From positions 3,509 to 67,508 of the forward strand of contig JAFTDD010000020.1 in the NCBI GenBank assembly GCA_017454355.1: a DNA stretch of 64,000 nt. The letters are read 5' to 3'. The stretch comes from Muribaculaceae bacterium (GTDB taxonomy: Bacteria; Bacteroidota; Bacteroidia; Bacteroidales; Muribaculaceae). The position numbers and the translations under genes are program-made. How positions within the stretch are numbered: position 1 is the first letter of the stretch; each line of letters opens with the position of its first letter. This document shows positions 10,267 to 19,201 of the stretch, one piece after another. The notes below the pieces were generated by a model that was given only the letters and a program-made list of their open reading frames with translations, did no database searches and was not told the DNA's origin.

Positions 10267-13233
10267 TTAACGGTCGGCGGGGCGGAAGGGGGTGGCGAGC
10301 ACGAGTGCCGCCACGCTGCCGGGGTGGGCGGTGGCGATGTCCTCGAGGCGCTGGAGAGCGGCCTGCTTGGCGGCCGCCAGTTCGCGTCCGCTGCGGCGCA
10401 GGCTTTGGTCGCTACCCTGGAGAGCCACGCGCAGGTCGCTCAGCGGACAGTCGGCTCCGGCGAGCAGCACGGCAAAGAGCATCGCGTTCTGCATCGGTTC
10501 GCCGCTCACTTTGAACCTCAGGCCCATCGCCTCATGCACGGCGTGGTCGGCTGCCGACACAGTGCCGTAAAGTCGTGTGATGACGGTGCGCAGGGCGGTG
10601 GCAGCAGCGTCCAGCGATTTGTTGCCAGGTGTGGTTCTTTCGTACTTCGCATTTTGTACTTTCGACGCATATACCGCCACGGCCGCCGCCATTTGGCGCA
10701 GCGAGAGCCATGTGTTGAGTTGCGCGGCAAGGTCGCGCACTGTTGTCGCCGCAGTCACCGCGTCGTCGAGTGTCGGCGCGGTGTCAGCGCCGGCATGGCC
10801 AATCGCTGGTGCCTGCCGGTCAGAGCAGGTGTTCAACACTTCTTCTTTGGTCATTCGGATTGGGGTTGTGAACCGGTCGTCGGCCTCATCCGCGGCTTGA
10901 TCGCAGCGCGCAGCGAGAGCAATGGCTCTACTCTTGATAAGTTGCCATGTCGCGGTGAGGTCGCCGCCGGCTGCCAACTGCTCAAGCCGGTCGGGGCGCG
11001 AGGAGGCCGGCTGCGTGGTGTCGTCGGCGATGCGCAGGGCCTCGCGCGCCAACTCGTCGTCGTGGGTCAAGGCGACGTCAAGAGCCTTAAAACGGCCGCG
11101 ATGCTTTTCTATGGCGGCCAGGCACGCGGTGTGCTCGTCCAGAACGCGGCCGTTTGCCGCGATTTGCGCTTCCATCTGTCGCAGTGAGCCGCCTCGCAGC
11201 GCGCCAGCGGTGTCACGCAGGGTCTGCCGGAGGTTGCGCTCGGCCGCGGTGGCGAGTTTCTCCAACTCGCCGCGTTGCTCCTCCAGACGACCGCTGAGTG
11301 AGGCGCGCGCCGCGCGGCGCGCCGCGCGGCGGCGCAGCCACCACAGCACGGCCACGGCAACCAGCAGCACGGCGGCCACGGCGGCCATCGCAAGCAGTAT
11401 GTTTTGGATGGTGATATAATTTTGTGGCTGAATAGTGACCGGGAAGCAGTCGATGCCCACCGTGCCTGTCATGCCGAGCAACGGGCAGAAGATGTAGATG
11501 GCGTTGCCACAGGCTGCAGCGATGTCACCGTCTGCCACCACCGTTGATGTCGGGTTGAAGTTCAAGTCATTAAAGATTGTGCGTTGAGGGGTTGTAGGGA
11601 CACAATTTATTGTGTCCACAGCGGTTGAGGGGTTGAGAGGTTGAGCGCCGGTCGCAACATTACTTTGTACTTCGTACTTCGTACTTTGTACTTGCGAAGC
11701 AAGGTCTGTGATGCCGCGGTCTCCCACGCCGTAGAGGCCTCCCCATGCCGTCAGCAACCGCTTGTAGCCCTGCGCGGGCCGTGTGGTGACGCTGTCGCCG
11801 CGCAGGGTGCACAGTTTGGTGTCGGTGATAAAGTGAATGACGCCGGCGGTGTCGACGGCCACGTCGCGGATTGCGCCGTGCCCCGCCGTGCCGGGCACGC
11901 GGGTGGCGGTGTAGCCGTCGATGGCCAGCACGCCGTCATTGAGCGTGGCGGCGAGCAGCGAGTCGCCGTGGCGGGTGAAGGCGGTGACGTAGGACACCAG
12001 CGTGTCGCCGCGGGCCTCGGTGAGTACCGGCACCCTGAGCAGGGTGTTTCCCACAAGGATCCACAGGCCGTCACGCAGCGCAACGTAGACGTGGCCGCGC
12101 GTGTCACTGCCCAGGGCGGTGGCATCGACATTCAGATAACCTAAAGTAATGTCACGCCGCAAAAATTCATTGATCAGATAATGGTTAGCGACGCTTGACT
12201 TGTAGAGGAAATTGTCGCTGTCAATCCAATAGAGAGTGCCGTCACTGACTGTCATCAACCGCACGTCGCTGTCGAGGTCTTTGATTTGCCGTGCGTCAAG
12301 GCTGCCACGGGCGATGAGGTGTAGGCTGTTGTCGATGGCGAAGTAGATGTCGCCGCCGTCGGCACACGCCGGCCGCGCGTCGCCGTAGCCCGCGACAGCG
12401 TTCTGGTGGCAGGCAAGGTGCACGATGGCGTGGCGCGTGACAAGCAGCATTTGCTCGCGCGCGTTGTCGCCCACGATGACGTTGCGGCATCGCACCGGCA
12501 CGGGGTGCGGTGTGGGTATCTCATGCCTCGAGAGGTCTCTCTCTCTCCACAATGAGAATGTCGCCTCATGGATATAATAGAAACTGTTTGTCACCTCGTC
12601 CTCGTAGAAAACAGATGTCACCGCTTCTCCATCGGGCGGGGGAATGGGAGATGGCTTGTAAGGACTGACAAAGTCCTCGGCAAGGGTGTCGATTGGCTCG
12701 AGGACGATAGGTTGACTGTTGACCGTGGGCGGGGCGGTGCCCGCCCACCTTGAACGATTGTCGGCCAGTGATAAACTGTCCGTGAGAGCCCGCATCAGTC
12801 CGCTGGAGGTGTCCACTATCACGCCGTCGTTACGCAGCCAGATGTCGTAGGCCGAATAATTGGTCCCCTTGTTGCCGACTGCCATGCTCCAGCGGCGCTC
12901 CACCACGAGCGAGTCGCCCACCAGGCGGCAACGGCACAGGCCGTTGTTCATGGTGCCCAGCCAATAGGCGCCCAGGCTGTCGCGCACCACCTTATATATG
13001 CGTGCGAAGGGCGTCTTCCATCGCGTGGCCGCGCGTGTGGTCGAGTTGTAACGGTACACCACGCCGTCCTCGGTGCCCACATAGTAGATGCTGTCGGCCA
13101 CCGAGTCGGCGCTGATTGACGACAGGGTCTCGGTGAACGCCACCTCCGAGTAGGTTAGTCCCGGTGGTGCTATCACTTGTGAGCAAGCGCCCAAAACCAG
13201 AGCCATGCAAACTATGTATACCCAATTCTTCAT
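10267..13233 (-). CDS. Membrane-anchored beta-propeller sensor with cytoplasmic helical (putative DNA-binding) tail
   Basis: Likely start ATG at 13233 (MKNWV...LGAC lipobox-like); propeller blades 'YVGTEDG', 'YWLGTMNNGL', 'LLAATLNDGV'; TM 'ILLAMAAVAAVLLVAVAVLWWLRRR'; coiled-coil C-terminus. Confidence 0.65.
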   Translation of the reverse strand: MKNWVYIVCMALVLGACSQVIAPPGLTYSEVAFTETLSSISADSVADSIYYVGTEDGVVYRYNSTTRAATRWKTPFARIYKVVRDSLGAYWLGTMNNGLCRCRLVGDSLVVERRWSMAVGNKGTNYSAYDIWLRNDGVIVDTSSGLMRALTDSLSLADNRSRWAGTAPPTVNSQPIVLEPIDTLAEDFVSPYKPSPIPPPDGEAVTSVFYEDEVTNSFYYIHEATFSLWRERDLSRHEIPTPHPVPVRCRNVIVGDNAREQMLLVTRHAIVHLACHQNAVAGYGDARPACADGGDIYFAIDNSLHLIARGSLDARQIKDLDSDVRLMTVSDGTLYWIDSDNFLYKSSVANHYLINEFLRRDITLGYLNVDATALGSDTRGHVYVALRDGLWILVGNTLLRVPVLTEARGDTLVSYVTAFTRHGDSLLAATLNDGVLAIDGYTATRVPGTAGHGAIRDVAVDTAGVIHFITDTKLCTLRGDSVTTRPAQGYKRLLTAWGGLYGVGDRGITDLASQVQSTKYEVQSNVATGAQPLNPSTAVDTINCVPTTPQRTIFNDLNFNPTSTVVADGDIAAACGNAIYIFCPLLGMTGTVGIDCFPVTIQPQNYITIQNILLAMAAVAAVLLVAVAVLWWLRRRAARRAARASLSGRLEEQRGELEKLATAAERNLRQTLRDTAGALRGGSLRQMEAQIAANGRVLDEHTACLAAIEKHRGRFKALDVALTHDDELAREALRIADDTTQPASSRPDRLEQLAAGGDLTATWQLIKSRAIALAARCDQAADEADDRFTTPIRMTKEEVLNTCSDRQAPAIGHAGADTAPTLDDAVTAATTVRDLAAQLNTWLSLRQMAAAVAVYASKVQNAKYERTTPGNKSLDAAATALRTVITRLYGTVSAADHAVHEAMGLRFKVSGEPMQNAMLFAVLLAGADCPLSDLRVALQGSDQSLRRSGRELAAAKQAALQRLEDIATAHPGSVAALVLATPFRPADR

Positions 13234-13296
13234 CTCGTTTTTATCTCCCGTGAAATAATTAAGACATAAGCCACAACCCGCTTGAGCGGGCTGCAC

Positions 13297-13486
13297 AAGA
13301 AACTGTATCATAATTGGCGCACGCGTTGCGTGCGGAAATCTTTCAAAAATCTAATTCTAAATCTCACATCTATTAAGTTTTTATAAATGAGAAAATTAAT
13401 TATTTGATTTTATTTTAGATTTTGAAAGATTTCCCGCCCGTTAGGGCGGCTAAATCTCCAAAATATGAATTGTGATACAGTTTCTT
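13297..13486. mobile_element. MITE-like element with 19-bp terminal inverted repeats
   Basis: AAGAAACTGTATCATAATT (13297-13315) and AATTGTGATACAGTTTCTT (13468-13486), 1 mismatch; inner IR GGAAATCTTTCAAAA...TTTTGAAAGATTTCC. Confidence 0.6.
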
Positions 13487-13537
13487 TACAAAAGCCCCGG
13501 GTTGGAGCCGCAGGCGACTACCTGGGGAATGGAGGTG

Positions 13538-13648
13538 CAAAATTAGTGATTTTTGCCGGTTTTTCTTGTTTTCCACGTTTCATTTTGGGAGAATTGCCGA
13601 AAATGAAACGTGGAAATTTTTGGAAATCAACAATTTGACTTATCTTTG
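13538..13648. promoter_or_regulatory. Divergent promoter pair with a perfect 17-bp inverted-repeat operator
   Basis: -7 box TAATTTTG on - strand (13538-13545) and TATCTTTG on + strand (13641-13648); TTTCCACGTTTCATTTT-N13-AAAATGAAACGTGGAAA at 13570-13616. Confidence 0.7.
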
Positions 13649-13687
13649 CGCCGTCAAACCTTTTTAATGATTAACAATTTAACGATT

Positions 13688-13762
13688 ATGGTAACACTCA
13701 TCATTTCACTGCTGCTCCAGGCCTCGTGGCCTGTGATGCTCGCCTCGTGGCCCTTCACCTGA
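13688..13762 (+). CDS. Putative 24-aa small hydrophobic peptide MVTLIISLLLQASWPVMLASWPFT
   Basis: First ATG after the TATCTTTG promoter, A/T-rich initiation region; below the ORF-track cut-off. Confidence 0.4.
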   Translation: MVTLIISLLLQASWPVMLASWPFT

Positions 13763-13783
13763 CAACGCCTTCAGACGGAAAGA

Positions 13784-13920
13784 ATCTCCCGTGAATTCAC
13801 GTGAATTTTCGTAAAATATCGACATAAGAATAAAGAAAAAGACGAAAGTTCACGAAATTTCACGGGAGAAAAATATTTTCGGGAATTTTCGAGATAAAAA
13901 TATTGAGTTATGGTATTTAG
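13784..13920. repeat. Nested palindromic element (10-bp unit family)
   Basis: CTCCCGTGAATTCACGTGAATTTTCG...CGAAAGTTCACGAAATTTCACGGGAG. Confidence 0.75.
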
Positions 13921-13953
13921 ATTTTGCTAATTTCCGGAAAAGTTGTAACTTTG

Positions 13954-14290
13954 TCGGCGAGATGGTGCCACCAGGCACCTGACCAATGACATATAAGAAC
14001 AGGCGTTTTCTGTGACGCTTTGGTTTTGACCGCATAAGAATCTTGCAAATTCATTAACGGAAAGTCAAAAACCGAGGCAACGAAGACGCCCCTTTGATAG
14101 TAGTAACCGACTTCGCTACCATGTACTTTGTACAATGGGCAGAATGAATTATGCCCCTACAATGTACTTGTGTCTATCACTATTATCGTGGGGCCTCAAG
14201 CGTTGCTCGTTCCGACTTTCCGGGCAATGCAAGAGCCTTTATGTGGTGGAACCGAGCAGCAGACTTGGCTCCACGTTTGTTTTATATGCC
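13954..14290 (+). ncRNA. Candidate structured 5' leader / ncRNA
   Basis: Follows the -7 box TAACTTTG (13946-13953); three long stems with G-U pairs (14001-14090, 14095-14179, 14187-14275), then a T-rich tract. Confidence 0.45.
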
Positions 14291-14364
14291 CTAAATGAAA
14301 CCTTTGAATTAACCGGTCCTTAGGCCGGAGCCACCCCGAGGACCATGAAAACAACAAATAACAG

Positions 14365-15045
14365 ATGAAATTAACGAGACTGATTTTGTTGTTGGCAGTA
14401 CTGCTCGCCTCGATGAGCAATACCGCTGTGGCGCAATTCCATATCAACGGTGGCGCCAAGTTCTACCACCTCCGTGGCGGCAATGAGTTCTTCACCGGCA
14501 CCATCGAACTGGAGATTATAAACAGTATCGGCACCAGTTTCGGCGCTACGGTGCAGTATGGCAAGGACAAGCACAACCGCAATTACATCTCTTTTGATCC
14601 TATCTCAATTGTGGCCGGATTGGGATTGTGCATGAACTACGCCAAGATGAATAAGATGATTTCCCGGATAGAGGATCAGCAAGGTGTTGACCGCGAGACG
14701 GCTATAAGCATCCTGCACAATAACGGGCAGTATCAGCAGATGATGAAGGGCAATCAAGCGGCGGCCTTATTGGCGCTTGCCGGCAACACGAAGATATATA
14801 TCCCTTTGGGCGGCAGGAATATGTTCGACACGAAGTATTTCCTCGCGCCCGAGTTGAGCCTGTGCCGCTTCGTCAAGATTGAGGGTGAGAAGATGGATTA
14901 TTGTGGCTCGGCAGGCGGCCGGTTCATGTATGTGCCCACCTATCACCTCACTATGAGTGCCTTTGGCGAGTATCAGTGGAGTTACAAGAAGGATTCACCG
15001 GCCAAGGGCTGGGCCGTGGGCGTCACCATCGGTTACCAGTATTGA
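14365..15045 (+). CDS. Secreted/outer-membrane beta-barrel-like hypothetical protein
   Basis: Signal peptide; C-terminal aromatic 'VGVTIGYQY'. Confidence 0.6.
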   Translation: MKLTRLILLLAVLLASMSNTAVAQFHINGGAKFYHLRGGNEFFTGTIELEIINSIGTSFGATVQYGKDKHNRNYISFDPISIVAGLGLCMNYAKMNKMISRIEDQQGVDRETAISILHNNGQYQQMMKGNQAAALLALAGNTKIYIPLGGRNMFDTKYFLAPELSLCRFVKIEGEKMDYCGSAGGRFMYVPTYHLTMSAFGEYQWSYKKDSPAKGWAVGVTIGYQY

Positions 15046-15093
15046 TGAGAATAGCACCGATATTTTTTGAAGTAAAAACCTTTAATCAAAGAA

Positions 15094-15504
15094 ATGATTA
15101 TGAGACTATCTGTTGTTTTAACTCTTTTTGTGGCGGCGCTCTTTGTGGCGACGCCCGCTGTCGAGGCTCGGGAGACCGACTACGACGAACTCTGCAACAC
15201 TCTTGTGCCCAACATGACCAAGCCCATCGTGCTTGACTTCTGGGCCAGTTGGTGCGGTCCCTGCCGCACGTATGCTCCCACGTTCCAGACGGTGGAGCGC
15301 ACCTACCGCTACCGCGCCGACTTCTACAAGGTCGATGTGGACGACAACAGCGACCTCGTGCAAGCCTTTGAAATCCAGGCGGTGCCTACCACGATTGTGA
15401 TCTATAACCGTGACGGCGACTACCTGCGCGAGGAGGGCGTGCTGTCAGCCTACGAACTGAAGTCATTGATTGACCGCGCCTGCGGCAAATTCTCAAAACG
15501 CTGA
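15094..15504 (+). CDS. Exported thioredoxin-family protein
   Basis: 'LDFWASWCGPC' active site, cis-Pro 'AVPT', N-terminal signal peptide. Confidence 0.9.
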   Translation: MIMRLSVVLTLFVAALFVATPAVEARETDYDELCNTLVPNMTKPIVLDFWASWCGPCRTYAPTFQTVERTYRYRADFYKVDVDDNSDLVQAFEIQAVPTTIVIYNRDGDYLREEGVLSAYELKSLIDRACGKFSKR

Positions 15505-15507
15505 AAT

Positions 15508-15604
15508 ATCCCGTGAATTTACGTGAATTATCGTGAAATTCTTTTAGACAGAAGTTCAGAAGAACAAAAAAATAGACGAAAATTCACGAAATTTCACGGG
15601 AGAT
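15508..15604. repeat. Nested palindromic element (10-bp unit family)
   Basis: ATCCCGTGAATTTACGTGAATTATCG...CGAAAATTCACGAAATTTCACGGGAG. Confidence 0.75.
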
Positions 15605-15673
15605 AGATTTGCGAAGATTTACCATATAACAGATTAAACGTAAATTCACGTAGATTCACAAGAGGTTATAACT

Positions 15674-16558
15674 ATGAGATGGTTTAGTGCATTTGCCGTG
15701 GCGGTTTTGGCTGTCGTATGCTCTTGCCCTGCGGCTGCCTACGACTTCACGGTCGACGGGATTTATTATTCGATAAATCGCTCATTCATGGGAGGAGTCT
15801 CGGTGTGCGCCTGTGAGGGGAAAGAATATCAAGGCGATATTGTTATCCCGGAGCAAGTTGTCTATAACGGCACGACCTATGAGGTGAGAGGTATCGACTA
15901 TGAGGCCTTCAATTGGTGCAAAAGTTTGCGCAGCGTTAAGTTGCCCAACACGATTAGAGTAATTTCGGAGGCGGCGTTTTTCGGCTGCACCGCATTGACC
16001 AACATTGAGTTGCCCTCGTCGCTGGAGTCAATCGATAACCACGCGTTCTGTTACGCGGGGCTGAAGAGCGTCGTCCTGCCCAATTCGGTAACCTTTCTGG
16101 GGTATGCTTGCTTTGGCGGTTGTCCGATAGAGAGCATCGTCGTTGAGGAAGGCAGCGAATTTGACTCGCGCGGTGGCTGCAATGCCATCATTTATGGAGA
16201 GCCAGGCTTTTATACAGAGTTGGTGGTGGGTTGCAAGACGACGGTCATACCCCAGTCGGTCGAGAAGATCACAAATTACGCCTTCAAGGGTTGCAAGGGG
16301 TTGGAAACGATCGAGATTCCCGAGGGAGTGACGTATATCGGCGAGTATGCCTTTTATGACTGCACCGACCTCAAGCGCATCGTTATCCCAGCCTCGGTCG
16401 AGGAAATTGACGACAACGCCTTTGAGGGCTGCACAAGCCTGACCGAGGTCGTTATCAAGGGGCATCCCGAGATGGGCGATGACGTGTTCAAGGACTGCCC
16501 GAACCTGCGCACCAAGCCCTCGGGCAAAATCACTTTCAGAGACAGATCTAATTATTAA
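15674..16558 (+). CDS. BspA-type leucine-rich repeat (LRR_5) surface protein
   Basis: Signal peptide, 'YDFTVDGIYY', repeated 'L.SV.LP.TI..I...AF..C..L'. Confidence 0.9.
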   Translation: MRWFSAFAVAVLAVVCSCPAAAYDFTVDGIYYSINRSFMGGVSVCACEGKEYQGDIVIPEQVVYNGTTYEVRGIDYEAFNWCKSLRSVKLPNTIRVISEAAFFGCTALTNIELPSSLESIDNHAFCYAGLKSVVLPNSVTFLGYACFGGCPIESIVVEEGSEFDSRGGCNAIIYGEPGFYTELVVGCKTTVIPQSVEKITNYAFKGCKGLETIEIPEGVTYIGEYAFYDCTDLKRIVIPASVEEIDDNAFEGCTSLTEVVIKGHPEMGDDVFKDCPNLRTKPSGKITFRDRSNY

Positions 16559-16662
16559 CCGGAACAACACAAGTCATGAGCATCATTGGAGGGTAAAAGG
16601 GTTCTGCTCCCAATGCGGCTCCAAATTGAGTTTTGAGAACCCTATAACAAAGTTATTTTATT

Positions 16663-16866
16663 ATGAGAGCAAACAGGATTCAAGACTTGCGTGAACTCAC
16701 TTCGAGAGAGCAGCAGGCACTGACCGCCGGCGAGGGCGTCACGACTTGTTCGTGTTCGTGTGACGCTTGTTCATGCGAATGCGACAATTTTGTTAACAAA
16801 TGGCCGACAAAGGCTGGCGATTCTGCCGGCAAAACAACCGGCACGAAAGCCAGCAACAACTGCTAA
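16663..16866 (+). CDS. Cys-rich RiPP precursor peptide
   Basis: 67 aa; double-glycine-like leader 'LRELTSREQQALTAG'; core CSCSCDACSCECD...C; directly upstream of a radical SAM/SPASM gene. Confidence 0.75.
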   Translation: MRANRIQDLRELTSREQQALTAGEGVTTCSCSCDACSCECDNFVNKWPTKAGDSAGKTTGTKASNNC

Positions 16867-16958
16867 GTGACAACGCGATGTGTGGGCATTGCGGTACAAT
16901 ATTGGCAGGCGATGCCCACACTTTGATTAGAAAGCAAACAAAGTATTACAAACAAATT

Positions 16959-18572
16959 ATGGCTGAAACTATATGTTTTTCGGAATTCTTAAGAGTGCGT
17001 TTCCCGATGGTCAAAGTCTTTGATTTTGACAAGGAGCACTATTTAATCTATGACGCTAAACCCAACGTGCTCTTTTCGCTGACTCATCATGATTTTGATG
17101 CAATGGTCAAACTAATGATACTGCAAGACAGAGGAGATCTTGTGGTGGATGAACTCACTGCAGAAGAATTGGATCTTCTTGAGAGATTAACGGCACTCGA
17201 GCAAAGGGGGGTAATGTGTCCTGGCCCTTTGTCGCAATTGTTCGACACAAGTGGTGCCGCGATTGAAGATATGATTGAGTATTATCGGGACAACATTTTC
17301 ATGCGAAAGTTTGTGATTGAGGTGACAGAGAGGTGCAACATGGCGTGTCGTTATTGCCCTAACACCCATACTGAGCGCACCAGACATCACACCGACCGCC
17401 AGATGTCACACTACATATCTCAGCGAAGCGTTGATTTCTATTTTGAGTTATATGCCAAATTTTTCGGAAAGTTGCCCGATAGTCACCGAAAAAAGTTCTT
17501 GAAGAATTTCCCGCCAACAATCGGATTTTACGGTGGCGAGACTTTTCTGAATTGGGATGTGATGGAGAAGGCTATACTCTATTACGAGAATTTGGATTGG
17601 GAAACTTGTGGAATACCGAGAGCGAAGTTGATGGTCACAATCAACACAAACCTATATCTTCTCAAAGAGGAGTGGCTTGATTTCATTATCAAGCACCGCC
17701 CGATTTTGTTTGTAAGCCTTGATGGCCCAAGAGAGGAGAACGATAAGAACCGTGTTGACCTTGCAGGCAACGGGACATTCGAACGGGTGTTCCGGAATTT
17801 GATGAGGATTAAAGACAAAGACGAGAACTACTATAAAGAGAAAGTGTTTATCCTCACCACCGAAGTGCTGGGAAACAACATTGGCCTCGTCCATGAGTTC
17901 ATTGATGGCCTTGGACTGAACGTAATATACAGCCCAGAACAACCATTCGATAGCATTGTGGGTGAGCCGGAAAAACGCATAGAGGAACTCGAAAACGACT
18001 TGCCTCGCAGAACCGGAAAAGCCATGGATGAGTTGATTGAAAAGTTTGAAAAAGACTCCGACTGTTCGCTCGAGCCGGTCAACGACGTGTCGAAGTTGTG
18101 TGGCATAAGCACCAGCCTGCCACCACATAAAAAAGAAAAGAACGTGTTTATGAGTTGTCCTCTTTGCTTTGACAACATAATGATAGGTGTTGACGGCAGT
18201 TTCCACTTTTGCCACAAGACCGACGGCTCACTGCCACTTGGTAATATAATTGAAGGCTTTAATGAGGAACGGCTCAGAGATGCCTATCGTCAGTTCGCAA
18301 CCGCCACCAACAACAAACTATGCCGCTCGTGTTGGGCGGTGAACCAATGTTACTATTGCGCTGCCAACTGGCTGCGTGACGGCAAATTCCGGCATCCCCA
18401 CTATGCCGATTGCAGGCACTTGCGTGCATCTCTTGAGCAGTCCTTTAAGGTTTATATTGAACTATACAAGAGGAAACCGGAACTTCTCGACAAGTTGTGG
18501 GAACAACGGCACAACCTTGACCATCATCAAGGAATTCTTGACATCAACAAGTTTTTAAGTTCACCCGTTTAG
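16959..18572 (+). CDS. Radical SAM/SPASM peptide maturase
   Basis: CNMACRYC (CX3CX2C), 'FYGGE', 'SLDGP', SPASM 'CPLC...FHFCHK...LGNI...CRSCWAVNQCYYC...C'; RRE-like N-terminus; probable start at 16959. Confidence 0.9.
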   Translation: MAETICFSEFLRVRFPMVKVFDFDKEHYLIYDAKPNVLFSLTHHDFDAMVKLMILQDRGDLVVDELTAEELDLLERLTALEQRGVMCPGPLSQLFDTSGAAIEDMIEYYRDNIFMRKFVIEVTERCNMACRYCPNTHTERTRHHTDRQMSHYISQRSVDFYFELYAKFFGKLPDSHRKKFLKNFPPTIGFYGGETFLNWDVMEKAILYYENLDWETCGIPRAKLMVTINTNLYLLKEEWLDFIIKHRPILFVSLDGPREENDKNRVDLAGNGTFERVFRNLMRIKDKDENYYKEKVFILTTEVLGNNIGLVHEFIDGLGLNVIYSPEQPFDSIVGEPEKRIEELENDLPRRTGKAMDELIEKFEKDSDCSLEPVNDVSKLCGISTSLPPHKKEKNVFMSCPLCFDNIMIGVDGSFHFCHKTDGSLPLGNIIEGFNEERLRDAYRQFATATNNKLCRSCWAVNQCYYCAANWLRDGKFRHPHYADCRHLRASLEQSFKVYIELYKRKPELLDKLWEQRHNLDHHQGILDINKFLSSPV

Positions 18573-18620
18573 GCCTCTTGCTGATATGCCATTCAGTTAT
18601 AATAAGACAACTACAGAATT

Positions 18621-19103
18621 ATGAAGAAGTTGATTGCATTTAGAATGGTGGCGGTGGTGTTGCTCTTAACGGGAGCAATGTCCGCCTATGCCCAAGAGCC
18701 GGACCCGCGTTTGGCCGGCGTTTGGAAACGACATATAGACCGTCCCAATATTAAGAAAGATAAATACATAAGGGTTGATATTGAAGGGTCAGAGGTATTT
18801 GTCAGTGTAAAAGAGATCGGTACCATAGATGATCAATCTTTTCAAAACTATGATGACGCAGAAGACATAACTGTTAATTCTGATGGGAGTATATCGTTTA
18901 ATGTATATCTTGCTAAAAATGAATATGATGAAGGAGTGTACAGTAGTACATGGGAAAGTCATACCATTAGAGTTAAGGGCGGGCGTTTGATTTCAATAGA
19001 AAAACAAAGGGGTTGTGAAAAAGATTCAAAAGGCAACATTTTAGATGACTATGTTATCCCTTTTGGTAACTACACTTACTTCAATATCAACGATAACTGG
19101 TAA
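18621..19103 (+). CDS. Secreted hypothetical protein (GVW...NW family)
   Basis: Signal peptide, 'LAGVWKR', ends 'YFNINDNW'. Confidence 0.7.
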   Translation: MKKLIAFRMVAVVLLLTGAMSAYAQEPDPRLAGVWKRHIDRPNIKKDKYIRVDIEGSEVFVSVKEIGTIDDQSFQNYDDAEDITVNSDGSISFNVYLAKNEYDEGVYSSTWESHTIRVKGGRLISIEKQRGCEKDSKGNILDDYVIPFGNYTYFNINDNW

Positions 19104-19201
19104 ATCATGTGGGGGCGTGGCGGAGGACGAGGCAAGCCTTGTCCCTACAGCCCCGGCCGATGCAATATTAACTATTAAAAACTCAATTAAAACAAACAAA
19201 G

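Noticed and set aside
13570-13616. Invertible (phase-variable) promoter
   Set aside because: The IR arms are only 13 bp apart, enclose no promoter, and no invertase is nearby; an operator fits better.
16800-16958. Upstream ORF extensions (rSAM from 16800; also 22692, 45321, 13311, 52188, 58170)
   Set aside because: They overlap upstream genes, promoters or repeats; downstream ATGs with A-rich initiation regions fit the families better.
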